Below are positions 24,552 to 37,857 of a stretch of 57,382 nt of DNA, piece after piece. Under the pieces are notes generated by a model that was given only the letters and a program-made list of their open reading frames with translations, made no database searches and was not told where the DNA came from. This stretch comes from Seison nebaliae (Eukaryota): assembly GCA_023231475.1 (NCBI GenBank), contig JALJEE010002904.1, positions 1-57,382 on the forward strand. The letters run 5' to 3'. The stretch's first letter is position 1; the number at the start of each line of letters is the position of its first letter. Made by a program: the position numbers and the translations under genes.

Positions 24552-27500
24552 TTAGTAATAATCTGAATAAAGATCGTCATAATTTTGAAAATTTTCATTT
24601 GAGTCTCTCTCTTCTTCTTCTTCATTTCCTTTCTCAATAATCTGATTTTTCCTCTCTCCATTATTTTCTTCATTTATTTCATCATAATGATTATTGTCAT
24701 TCAAACTACCCAAAGATTTTGGTAGATTCTGTCCAATTTTTATGTGGCCCAATTTCGTCAATAAACTTTTCGGCGGTTCGTCCAATTTAAATTCTTTGCT
24801 TTTTTCCTTTTCTTCCTGAACATCACTATCTCTTGGTTTTTCTTCTGAATTATAATTAGTCAATTTATCTAACCAAAATTCTGTGTTTTGTCTCTTACTG
24901 TGTAGCTTGTCGGATCTTATAATTTCTTGTGCCAATTTATTTCCATCTGATGGTTCCTTTTCTTCGAATGAATATCCTTTTGTTAATTCCTCCTTATCTA
25001 ATTTCTTTAAATTTGTTCCTCCTTTCGAATATTTTCTTTCCGTTTCCTTCAATTTCTCATTCGATAATTTCAATGATTCTTTCAAATTTTCTATTTCTTT
25101 TAATAATATCGATCTCTCATCCAATTCATCATTACGATCACTTTTTCGAGTATGACGTTCGAAAGAATGAATCATCCGACCGAAGAACTTGGCTGGTTGA
25201 CTTTCTTCCAAATGACTTTGACGAAGGAAAGGTGGTGAAGATCTAGCTAACGGACAAGAAGTTGTTTGTTTGGCTTTTTCAAACAACTTTCCTAAATTAC
25301 TTTCTCCAATATTCATCCAGATGTCTACACGCGCATACTTTCTTATTTTTCGACTATTTCCCACATAGTAAAAGATTGTTGGAGGAGATTGGAATAATTC
25401 CAAAGCAAAACATTCAAAATGACCTGCACATTTAGGAAACCAATTTCCAATTCGTCGAATTCGTGAACATTGAGCATTCGCCATATCTTCAGTGAGATAA
25501 TGATCGAAAGTTGAGAATTTCGTTCCGATTAATGAATTTAATCCATCTTGACTATTTTCGCATAAACTAAAATCTTTCTCAAAACCTTCCGTTGTTATTG
25601 CAGAAGCGTCGATTGCATAACCAGTTTGCTCTGATCCAATTTTGAAATTCTCAAAAATAATCGAATCTTTCTCATTATAAAGTGACGATCGATATAAATC
25701 AATTTTCAACTTAACCGGACCAATCGATTGTGAAAGTGTTTGAAGTAATTCATTTCCTTTATTTATTGAGATAATTTTAAAAGATAATATGAACTAAAAT
25801 AGAAGAGAATAACCGATAAAGAAATTGGCAGTATTGACAACAATTCCCTTCTGGAAATATTCCCATTTCCGATAAAACTGAAGCGGTCGATAACCCAAAT
25901 TCCTCCCGATCAATAACCTGAAATATGAAAAGTTTTTAAAAATAATGACAGTGGTAAATTGGAAAACCTTTTTTCGGACATTTCGAACATTAAATTTTTT
26001 GGTAGCCAACAACCTAGATGTTTCAACACTGAAAATATTTGTTCTTCATGATCGGCATGGGATCCTTATTAAAGAGAATATTTGTTAAAATTTTCAAAAA
26101 TTTAGCCGGAACTTTTATGACGACATCCATAACAACATTTTCCAGGAACAAAATATGGTTCTTGGTTGTGAGAACAACTTGCGATTCCCGTGCAATAACC
26201 ATAACATATCTTCTTATCTGAAATTTATTTTATAAATAAATTAAAATTATTATAATGTGAAACTAACTTGTGGGTGGTTTAGGTGAAGGTAATTCATTTG
26301 ATAAGCGAACTATAACTGGTGCTTCACATTGGAGATAAAGTGGAACAATATTATCTGCACATGCACGACCTTTTTCGCCGTTAATTAAATTCGTTCCCGA
26401 TTTCTCCAACTTATCATTTAATGACGTCGCTAATGATAATTTGGAGATTTGCTTTAAACAATCACTTGGTGCCGATAATTCGATGGAATTTCCGATAACT
26501 CCATAACCTACTAAACCATTCATGGTATTGGCTAGAATCAATTGATATGTACTACTAAATATTTTCAATTTATGTTCAGCAATCAAGTCTTGATAATTGA
26601 AATTCGTTGGAAGATTGGTAAGACAATTTTTCGGTTGTGCATATATATCAACGATATCATACCAAGTGATCACATAAGCCGATCGGATTCGTTCACTTTT
26701 ATCTTTGACTATGTTGAATTTGAACAAATTCGCTTCAATTTCCTTCAATATGTTAATGTATTTTGACGTAACTAATCGTCCATGAACATGGTCCGGATAA
26801 TAATGTTTCATACAATTTAACTGAAGGAATTTCTGCTTTGTTAAGGGATTATGGAGGCAACTGGTCAATATACTTCGATCAGTCAAATCATTGATTGAGA
26901 TCCGTTTCCATGTCTTGGATTTAGTTCCGAAGTTTAATCTAAAAGTTTTATATGTAACACCATTATAACTGATGGTTACTCGACCATTGTGATGAGCACT
27001 AATTTCCTGCTGAACGAATGCCGGATTGACTAAATGATCGGACGAAGTTCTAATTTTCAATTTCTCCCACGAATACCAAGTATAATAATCATTCTCAGAT
27101 GTCATTGGTAAAATATTGGGGATTTGTATCACTGTGAATGGAGGAATTTTCGGAGGGATTTAAAAGAGGAAAGAAAACTTGGTCGCAAATAAATTCTCAT
27201 TCTTGGAGCGATTAATTTCATTGATAAATTTGGTCCTCTCTTTACATCGTTCGTTGTTAGTTGTGCACCTGAAATCATAAAATAATTATCGACCGGAAAT
27301 TATCAAATTATTTTTCTTAACAATACCATGTGACGTGCATATTATAATTCTGATCATGTACGAGATCTTTTAAATGAGGAAACTTTTTTAGATCGGTTAC
27401 CGAAGGAAGCAGCTCAGTCGTAGGATTGAATGAACACGTATGTTTCAAATTACATCTATTGTCCAATTAATATAATTAATTTGTAATTTGATTAAAAAGT

Positions 27501-29048
27501 TAAATAAATAAATAAATTTAATTAGTTGTAAAATATATGTAAAATGAGAATGAAACTTCAATGAGAGTGATTTATAAGCGGAATATCGAGCATATGATTT
27601 ACAAGTACTACCAAGATCATGAGATGATCGAGTGAATGAATATTTTGATATGGTCGAATAAACTTCTGATAAGATGATGATTATAGATCGTTGTCCAGGA
27701 CAACTAATAGTTGCGGGTTTGACGAAATTAAAGTATCTTTTTCAAACAAAATTTTACATGTTCATTTTAAATAAATATCTACAACTAACCTCGTATAATA
27801 TAATGCCCTCTGTCGATTATTATGATATGGAGTACATAAATTATTTTTCCAAGTTGGTCCATCATTCTTGGCCGGCTTTACTAAAATGATGCTTTCTCGT
27901 TGTTCTCGTGGTTTAATGACAAAATTATCATCATTAACTAAACCGCTAAAAATCATCATTTTCAACCACCAAAATAATTCTTAACTTTTCGAATCATTTC
28001 TGAAATTAACTTCAGTATCATCTTCTCGAAATTTGATGTTCTTGAATTTAACTGTTTTCCTTAAAGACACAACCTCTTTCCCATCTTCCAATTTATTTCC
28101 AATCGATTTTTTAGGGAAAATATGTTCATCGAAAAAAAATGTTGAAGAATCTTCATAATCATTATCCACTGGATTTAAACGGTCATCGTCCGGATTATAC
28201 TCTTTCATATAAATATCTTGTTCTAATGTCCGTTTTGAAAGAGTTCTCGTTCCATTGTTGCTATGTGAAATATGTTGTGAATTTCTTCTTGACAAAGTAT
28301 TTTGTACGTCAGAACTATTCGAATGGACAGTTGGAAGATGGAGAGGTAAAAAGGAACCAATTGGTCCAGAGGTCACGCCAATTTTTGTAGGCATCGTTTT
28401 TGGAATAACTGGTGATAATTTATCAACGAACGGCATAAATTTGGTTTTCGCTTGCACAGACTTAACCTGAGCTGGTTTTGGTGTTGATATAGACGACGGT
28501 ACTACTTTTTTAAGAGTAGCATGTTGAATATTTGTAAACTTAGAATTCTGTAAAGGAATTGACGCGTGAGCAGTAGAAGGAATTGACGCATGATTCATTG
28601 AAGGAATTGACGAGTGAGCTACAGACGGAATTGACGTGTGAACTACTGAAGGAATTGGTGGGTGAACAGCAGAAGGAATAGACACGTGTGTAGGAGACGG
28701 AATTGAGGAGTGCACAGGAGAAGGAATTGGTGAGTGAACCGCAGAGGGGATTGACGTGTGAGCTGCAGCAGATATTGAAATTATTGCAGGTTTTACTAAA
28801 GAAATAGGGGCAGGTTTTGCAGGAAGTTTTTTTGTTGATTTATTTAGCATTTGCACTCTAGGATTCGCTGACGGCTTAGGAGCTTTTTGACGATCTTTTA
28901 CATTGTCGTAATCTTCATATTCTTCATAGTCATAATTACCGCCGTCGTTATAATTTTTATTATTGTTATTATCATAATGTTTGTTGCTGGTGTCATCATA
29001 GTTCTTATTATTATCATCATCATAATTCTTATTACTATTATCATCATA

Positions 29049-29080
<32 letters not shown>

Positions 29081-29184
29081 CATAATTTTTATTATTGTTG
29101 TTGTCCTTGTAACTACTTTTATTATCACTATTATTATTATTATCATTATTTTCATTTCTATTATTATTATTATTATTATTATTA

Positions 29185-29223
<39 letters not shown>

Positions 29224-30331
29224 TTATTATTTGATTCACTTCCATTATCATAATCATCATAATCATCATAATAATCAGTACTCCTGCGTCTTCTACTTCG
29301 AGGGATATCGGATTTTCCGGACGAAATTTTTGGATTATCGAAGTCATAGACGGTAGGCAATTGTTCTTGATTCGAATAAACATATGAATCACTTTCCTCA
29401 TTCTCTGCAGGTTTTCTCATACTTGTTTTCCGTTCAGTTTTAGAATCATGAAGAGTGCCAGATAATTTTATTGCCTGAAATTGTTTCATCGTATCCTTCG
29501 TTGCTCCATCAAAAAAATTATCATAGTATTCCATAAATTGGGAAGTCGCATCTGATTTCTGGGGATTGTTGACAACCGTTCCATTAACAGTATCGATATC
29601 ATAAATTGGATATTCATCGCTTAAAAATTGATTGTATCCAGTAGCCATTGAAGGTAAATTATATGGACCATTAAAATGTGGCTGTTGCATTAATCGTTCT
29701 TGTTCTTTCAATTGAATTTGTGACATGACAGGACGATGAGGGATGGTATGTGAAGTTGGTAGCATATCTTGATGATTAGCCAGATTAGGAAGATTAGATA
29801 TAGGTGGATTAATAGCTGACATCGTATGTGGTTGTTCTAATAAAGGTTGAACATTAGACGTTGCTTCCAAAACAGAACTATGCTGATTTCCTAAAATTTT
29901 TGGTAAGTCTTTCTTCGGAGCCACATCTCTAGTCAGTCGATTCATATCATTAGCCAAGTAATCATATATATCTGTCAAACGTTTATCTCGATCTAATGGT
30001 TCATCTCCAAAATACCTGTCTTCATCAACATCCGAATCATATACGATGATATCATCCTTATTAGTTTTTCCTTCATTCGTTACTCTTTCATAATATTCTT
30101 TATTCGTTCCATAATCATTCGGTATAACTTTATTATTTCTTTCGTCTAATGTTGGTTCCTGGTCGATGAAATCATCATCATCACCACCCAACCAATTTTC
30201 TTCATCAGTTCCACTTCCCAAATCTTCACATATCGCTATTAATATAATGAAATTTATGAGACATAAATTTCCTACTGTCAAAATAAACTTATTTTTTATT
30301 TGCTTTATAAATTTAACTAACTGAATTTCAT
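24552..30331 (-). CDS. Large secreted mosaic protein (~1724 aa, 12 exons) with SUEL-lectin-like, VWC-like and fibrinogen C-terminal domains
   Basis: Frame-consistent introns 30275-30321, 27938-27985, 27737-27789, 27456-27556, 27350-27400, 27269-27321, 27132-27178, 26218-26267, 26065-26112, 25918-25967, 25757-25813 join the separate ORFs. FReD motifs FYRKWEYFQKG, FFIGNELLQTLS, LKIDL, FKIGSEQTGY, KFSTFD, GNWFPKC. Confidence 0.75.
28554..28769 (-). repeat. Coding 24-bp repeat, about 9 x xxHxSIPS
   Basis: AAHTSIPS AVHSPIPS PVHSSIPS PTHVSIPS AVHPPIPS VVHTSIPS VAHSSIPS MNHASIPS TAHASIP. Confidence 0.85.
28950..29240 (-). repeat. (AAT)n coding microsatellite, poly-Asn with KNYD units
   Basis: Long TTA runs on the + strand, in frame within the large secreted gene. 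Confidence 0.9.
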
Positions 30332-30877
30332 TTTTTCCAAGAAAATTCTTTTCTCTTCACTTCTATACTTTTGACAATTATCCAACTCAATATAATATGT
30401 TTCATTTAATTGTTCATTGACGAAGACACTAAAATTTATTCACAACTTCATATCAAATCGCCAAAACTTCTTTAACATTACTCTAATAGACATTTCGTTT
30501 ACAATCTCATTTCTCTTTTTCACATATCAATTGAACAATTAATTTCTTTTTCTTACAATGAAATGTAAATAAATAGATAAAACAAATCTACTGAAGAAAT
30601 TCAACGGACGGAAATAAATCCACTTTTGATTCATTCGATTCATATAAAAAATAGTTTATAGTTCCAAAAAATTTTTATTTTTTTTTATTTTTTACTCAAA
30701 CAGAATTCATCACATATTAAGTCAAAAACATATTCATCACATAATTTTTTGAAAATGGGCCAAATGAAAGTCAACTCAAAATTTCATCATCAACAATAAT
30801 TTAGACATATTTAATAAATTGAATTTAAAAGTTTAGTTCGAACATAAAATAATTTCCATATATTTTAAAATAAAATT

Positions 30878-32764
30878 ATGAAACGTAAATTGGATTCAAT
30901 AGAAATACGTCAAAAGGTTCCTTCATTTTCATATTCCACTCAAATTTCCCATTGTTAGTTCTGTCGTTATGGGCCGATGTGTTATCGAAGAAATGTCGAA
31001 CATTTTTCCGAATATTTACATCCAAGTTCAATATTTTTAGTCAATCAATTCCTCTTAAATTTCCCAGGTGATCATCCGGTGAATGTTGATGATGATTTCT
31101 TCCTTGGACAAACTAATTGGATAAGAAATGACAATATTTATTTTAATTCCATTCCTTGTATTCCTTTTAAATACAATTATCAGAAATCACTTTCATTAAA
31201 AAGTTAATTTTTATTGAGTAGTGAAATTTTTTTTAAAAAATTTTTAAAATTAGCAATTCTCTCAAAAGATGAAAATAAATTGGAATATTCTCTCTTATCT
31301 TGCATGGTTGTCGATGTTGATTGGGTAATGTCATTAATAGGAAATAAGAAGTTTCTCTTAATTTAATTTCTTTTCAATTAATTTATCAGATCAATAATTC
31401 ATATTTTACATCATCATCCTGGTGAGCAATTAACAAAAGAACAAAAAGAAGAATTTCCTAATTTAAAATTAATTCCAGTTTAATTTCAATAAATTTTTCA
31501 AAAATCAAAAATTTAATTAGATTCAAATGTCAATTCCGTATGGAACTCATCATAGCAAATTTGGAATTTTTGTTTATAAGAAACACGTCAACATTTTCAT
31601 TACGACGGCGAATCTCCTTCGGAATGATTGGGAGTTAAAAACTCAAACGTTCATTTTATGTTTTATTGAAAAATGTTGAAATTATTAAAGAATTTGGATG
31701 AGTGGAAATTTAGAACGAAATAAAACGAAAGAATCTCCAACAAATTTCCGACATGATCTTTTCAAATACTTCTCATATTATTCAATTGGTGTTCGTGAGA
31801 ATGTCATTCGGCCACTCGAGAAGATTTTAATTAATTGTGATTTCTCGTCAATAAATGTTCATTTGGTAGCTTCCGTTCCTGGTTATCATTTGGCATCGAA
31901 CAATGAATTTGGATTATTAAAAATAAAAAAAGTTTTTCTAATTATAAAAATTTGTTTGTTTATGAAATTTTTAACAAAAAAGATTCTGAACGAAAACAAG
32001 ATTATTTATGAGAATAATGATGAATTAATAGGACAATTTTCCAGTATTGGCACCATGGGATCGAAAGTGGAAGATTGGCTCTCCACAACATTTCTCCAAT
32101 CGACGCGAATGAATAAAATTGAAAATTTCAAAATAGTTCTCTCAATTTCCAATTTGTTTCACATTAACACATATTCAATTCAGATTTATCCAACTGTTGA
32201 AAATGTAAAGATGAGTTTCGAAGGTTATAGGGCTGGTGGTTCCCTACCATATTCCGATAAGGTAGAACAGAAACAGAAATGGCTCAATAACTATATGAAG
32301 TTTGATTAGAATTCTAAAATTTTCTTTATTTGAAATAATTTTTTAATTTTCAGTCAATGGAAATGTGAGCGAAATGGAAGAAATGAATGTGCACCACACA
32401 ACAAATGTTATTTCGTTATCAACAAAATAAATCATCAGGTCAAATGGTTTTTACTCACCAGTTCCAATATGTCGAAAGCGGCTCTTGGGAATTATGTGTC
32501 AAATGGCAACAAATTCTTTATTCGATCGTTCGAATTGGGAGTTTTCTTCCATCCTCATTTTGTTAATAGTTTCAAAAGAACAAACTATCTCCCAAAATCT
32601 TTTAATTTACCTGTCGATTATCCTCTCACATCATATGGGAAAGAAGGTTTCTAAAATATTTATTTCTCAAAATTCTTCATTATTGTTCTGGTCGATTAGA
32701 TGTGCCATGGGTATTCGACAAAAAATATGATTCGGAAGACAGATTTGGTAATAAATATGGTTAA
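30878..32764 (+). CDS. TDP1: Tyrosyl-DNA phosphodiesterase 1 with N-terminal PBZ zinc finger
   Basis: PBZ CRYGPMCYRRNVEHFSEYLHP; catalytic motifs YGTHHSK..TANL and APHNKCY..TSSNMSKAALG; VASVPG, QFSSIG, IYPTVENV, IRSFELGV; 10 short introns. Confidence 0.93.
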
Positions 32765-33403
32765 TATGATGAAATATGATAATCCAGATAATAAAACATA
32801 ATTCTATAACACATTTAAATTATGTCTGATTTACAGACGAAATAAATTTGTATTATTGTATAGAATGTTTAGTAATAAAATATATATATAAATTTTTGAT
32901 ATGTTACTAAATTTATTTCAATTCATCTGAAAAAAGAAGTTGATATTATTGTAAATGTTTACTCTTTAAAACTTTGTCAAAACTTTACTCACAGAAGAAC
33001 TCCAAAGTAATTAGAATTTATCATCAGAAAGAAATTAAAATACGATTTAACTATGGTGCATTCTTGTTCTCATTTGAAGATTTTGATTTTTCAAAATAAA
33101 CTTCGAATAATTTGATGGTAATTGATTGTTGTCCATAAGTATTTGCCGGTTTGTGGCAAAAATCTGTTTTAATTATAGCAGTATAGCAATGAAATTAAAG
33201 TCAAAATATTTCAAGTCGATTTTCTTTTTAAAGGACTGATTCTGTGTCCGAAATAAAAGTTTTTCTATTTTTTGTTTTGTATTTTCCTTTCTCTTTGTTC
33301 TCCTTTTTCTTGCTAAATTATTGTACTTTCTTTGGCAATTGAAAAAATTCATTTATAATTCGACAAAGCTTACCCTTTAGCCAGGAAAAACTAACTAGAA
33401 ATT

Positions 33404-36400
33404 ATGGAAAAGTTGGGTAAGTCATACGTAAAAAAGCCCTTCAAATGTCCCTCTTGTAAGAGATTGCGAACATGCAATTCAACTAAAAAACCCATTGGAA
33501 AGAAAGCCACCCCAAAATCAGTCAGTAGAAAAACTACCAGCAGAAAATCGACAAGTAGAAAAACAGCCAGCAGAAAATCACGCAGTAGGAAAACGACCAG
33601 TAAGAAAACAACCAGTACTAGAAAATCTAAACAAACTAACAGGAAAAAAAGAGCCGACTCAGTATGTGAAGTTAACTTAACCTTTTATGACTTAAAGTTA
33701 TCAAATTCTTTTCATAGGATTCATGGGTCGAACGATACAACGCCTTATTGGCTAAAGGACCATTAATAAAGAAAGATAAACGAAATAATTTCATGAATAA
33801 GTTTATTCCCGACCAATGTCAGAAATTGTATAGGAGAAAATCATCAAATACAATTCCAAATGATGAGAATGCGGTCAGTGTTCCACCAGCAGATAAATAT
33901 ATAAAAACTTCAAGCAGACCAACCTCCCACGTGTTTAGTCTAATTGTTCATGTGTCTAAATTACTATTGAGAATTTTGTTTTGGTTTATAATTCTTATCT
34001 TCTTAATTCCCAATAACGTTCTGTTCCTAACGGCGACTCTAATATTTGTGTTTTGGCTACTGTTCAATTTAGAGAGTGAGAGCGTTCGATGCTTCAGACG
34101 AACAATTTGGAATCTGATGCCAGATTTCTTTGACCTTTTTTCGAAAATATCACTTGGGAGTTCAGACGATGGTTCTCATGGTTCGAAACGTATACCTCAG
34201 TCAAATTCGAAGTCAAAGCAAACGTTGAAAAGTAGTTCATTGCCAACAAAACACACAAAAATTTCTTCTGGTCAATTACATGACGAAGATATGGACGATC
34301 AAGAGAAACGACGTTCAAGTTCTAGTAAAACTAAAGAGTCTAGCAAAAGTAAACAAGGAAAATCTGATTCTTCCGAAAGCGATTCAAATAAAGATTTAGG
34401 TGTTCCTTTATCGAGACATACATCTTTCTTTAAGATTGATCCGATACAACAACAAGATCCTCCAAACGATAATGATGATGATGATAGTGAAAATGATGAA
34501 GTTCCTTTCGAAGAGGACAATGATTCACCTGAAATAGAAATCAGAAGAACATTTACTGATGAAGATGAAGAGCAATATCCGATGGAAGGTTATCCATCAC
34601 GTAGGTATAATTTGAGTGCGAGACCTCTTCCTCCGCCGCGACCAATGTTTTTAAGAAGTCATATTCATTTATCGGACATTCAACCACGTAATTTCCGACA
34701 AGTTGACGACGCTCCAAGTTGCCATGTCGGTAGTAAATCACTTCATTCGCGGCTGATTTCACAACATTCATTTCATGATAATTCTATTCGTGGAACTCCT
34801 GTTCAACAATTGGAATATTCTCATAGATCGGTTCATAACTCAAATATTTCTCATCCAAATAACTCATACAAAGGAGATCATAATCCTTTAGCTCATAATG
34901 ATCCTCAACTATTCTCCACAGGTCACAGTAATCCAACCAGCTGGGGAAAAGGTTCAGCGAAGACTCGGTTAGTGCCTAAGACTATTTTTTTAAACTATTT
35001 CAAAAAAAAAATTCTAACTATTTAACCATCAGATCTAGAGAAAGGGCAAATTACAGACCTCGGGCTCCGCAAAATACAGAATATTCCAATACTGACAGTA
35101 GACACCTAGACGATCCGTATTCATCTGATCCAACAGCTAATGATATAGCTCCCGATTTACTGAACAGTCAACAAACCAATTTACTTAGTGATCCAGCCAC
35201 TGATTTAGCAACTGATATAGCAACTGACTTAGCAACAAATCCAAAAAATAATTTAGGTTTAGATCTGGAGAGCGATTTAAGTTCTTATCGGGAGAAAGGT
35301 ATTCCTACTAATAATACAAGTTATTTAGCATCTTATTATTTACTTATTATTTTCTATTGACTTAATATTAATACAATAATATATATGTCCTATTACACTC
35401 TTAGACTATATGAAATAAACATATAGAATATAAAATTTTATATTTATTCTAGCAAGAAAACACGAATCATCAAAATTGATGCCAACCATAAGAAATCATG
35501 ACTCTCCAGAATCATACAGATCGCATGATAGTAGAATAAATAGTAAAACAGATCGCTCGACCAATAAACTGCCAATCATTGAACATCATGATAGTTTATC
35601 CGAATCTTATAGATCTCGGACGAACAGTAGATCACATTATTCTACAAACAAAGCACCAACATCGAAAACTTACAGTAATTTCCCATATGGTGGTAGATCA
35701 CTTCATTCGAATGATCGAAGTAAACAGGACCAATTGTCGGGGAAAAATCCTTCATCAAGGAGTTACTTTCTTGATAATACCGGTTTCTCACCGAAAACCC
35801 AAGAAAACAATTATCCATCTACCAATCAACCACATGATACGACTGGTCATCAAAAGGGAAAGGATCATTCGTCAAATAGAATTCCTTCATCTAAGAGTGA
35901 ATTTATCGAAAATACAACCAAAATGATCAACGACCATATCCAGAATGAGCAAAGTAAAATTCCATCATCTCGAACTAGTAATAAATTTTCAAATAAGGAT
36001 AAGCCAAATACTGATGCGGATAGAAGTCAAATGGATCAACGAGCGAATAATTTTCCATTGTCCAGAGCTCTTAATGACTTTTCTCGCCATCCAAGTTCAA
36101 ATATTGCTAACCAAAAAAGTAGATCCAGAAACGGACAACCATCTTCGGAAACAAATAACTATTTACCAAATAATAGAACGGAAGATGATATGAGTAACAT
36201 CGATGATCCTACAATGAAAGGATATAGTAAGTCACTTATTAGGGACAGTAGTAGAAGAATAACTGACAAAGTGCCATCAATTAGTGAAAGGTCTTCAAAA
36301 GCTCCAAGTTTTAGTCGCACTGGAAGAAGGCAAGCAATGAATAAGTCGAAAAGTTCGAATAAAAGTACAGAGAGGAGTTCTAAAAAACGAAAAAATTTCC

Positions 36401-37857
36401 CTGAATATTCGGAACAACAAATGAATCCCCCCATAGATAACCATAACCAGGCCTTAAAGCCCGCCGATCATTTTCGAGAAAGTAGTCCCGGAGATAACCA
36501 ATTCGATAACACTCAACCACCAAATAATAGGAGAGAAAATCCATATGACAATAACCGGCCACAAAGTAATAGGAGAGAGAATCCATATGACAATAACCGA
36601 CCCCAAAGTAATAAGAGAGAAAATCAATTTGCTAATGACCGTCCCCAAAGTAATAAGAGAGAAAATCAATTTACTAATGACCGACCCCAAAGTAATAGAC
36701 CGGAAAATATTTTTGATAATGACCGACCACAAAGTAATAGGTTAGAGAATTTAATTGATAATGACCGACCACAAACGCATAGTAGAGGAAATGCAATTGA
36801 TAATAATCGACCACAAAGTAATAGGAGGGAAAATCCACTTGACAATGCCCGACCACAGAGCAATAGTAGGGGAAACCCATATGATAATAACCGACCACAA
36901 AGTAATATAAGAGAAAATCCATTTGACAATGACCGACCGCAAAGTAATAGGAGGGAAAATCCATTTGACAATAACCGACCGCAAAGTAACAGTAGAGGAA
37001 ACCCATATGACAATAATCGACCACAAAGTAATAACAGAGGACCAAATCGACCAAATAGTAGAACCGGCCAATCACCGTCAAGTTTTCCAAAAAATTTAAC
37101 GAGAAGTCATAGTGACAATGATAGAAATTATGGAAGTAAGAACATGAAACCATCAAGTAGAAGTGCATCTGCTTTTCCTATACATCATCCGAGAAGAGGT
37201 ACAGAAGGTCAAAAGCCAAAAGCCAGGAGTAAATCTGCTTTCATTAATTCACAAACAGATCAGGAAAATGCATTACCATCAACCGCACAAGACATTTCCA
37301 GCGATTTTTCGAACAACCCATTAAATGAACAAAACCCTTCTAGAACACCAATGAGGAATCCAAGATGTTCAAATATTTAAATTTATTATGTCTTCTGTTA
37401 ATTCACTTTCTTAGATCCCAATCGTCCATTCGTCCCACCTCTCCGATCAGCCATGCCTAGAACTGAAACAATGTCTTCCGAAGACAATAGTTCTACATTC
37501 AATAGGAATATAATTAGAGTTTCATTTTTAATTTTCACACTTTGTTTTTGTATTGCATCCATTTCTTAGCCGCACTATATCCCTCATCGAGGACTTGGGA
37601 AGAGAATGGGAGGTCCTGGTCGAGTTCGCATGTTACACAATCATCCAAATCAAATGTTGAATACGAGAAATCTCGGGGTACTTTCACCCAGGACGGCTAG
37701 GGCTCAAATTCCTGGAGAATATCAAATGCGGGCATACTACCCTCCACCAAGAATGGGACAACCTAGAATGACCAGCACAAGTCCTCAAACAAAAAAAAGG
37801 AGAGTCGATATGCGGGGGAATACCGGTCGACCACCGAGACCTATTCCCCGAGTGTGA
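33404..37857 (+). CDS. Large low-complexity orphan membrane protein (basic N-terminus, hydrophobic hairpin, Ser/Arg/Asn/Pro-rich tail)
   Basis: ORFs 33404, 33748, 35476 and 37606 separated by short AT-rich GT-AG intron-like gaps; SRKT repeats, hydrophobic segment near 33940-34070, 14-aa repeats; later junctions not fully verified. Confidence 0.55.
36529..37032 (+). repeat. Coding 42-bp tandem repeat, 12 x RRENPYDNNRPQSN-like
   Basis: 12 consecutive 14-aa units in ORF 35476-37380. Confidence 0.9.

Noticed and set aside
28887..29401. Poly-Ile ORFs on both strands
   Set aside because: Alternative frames of the (AAT)n poly-Asn tract
4732..32764. XRCC4-like and TDP1 as a DNA-repair cluster
   Set aside because: 25 kb apart with unrelated genes between them
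36380..37168. Several repetitive minus-strand ORFs
   Set aside because: Antisense frames of the 42-bp coding repeat
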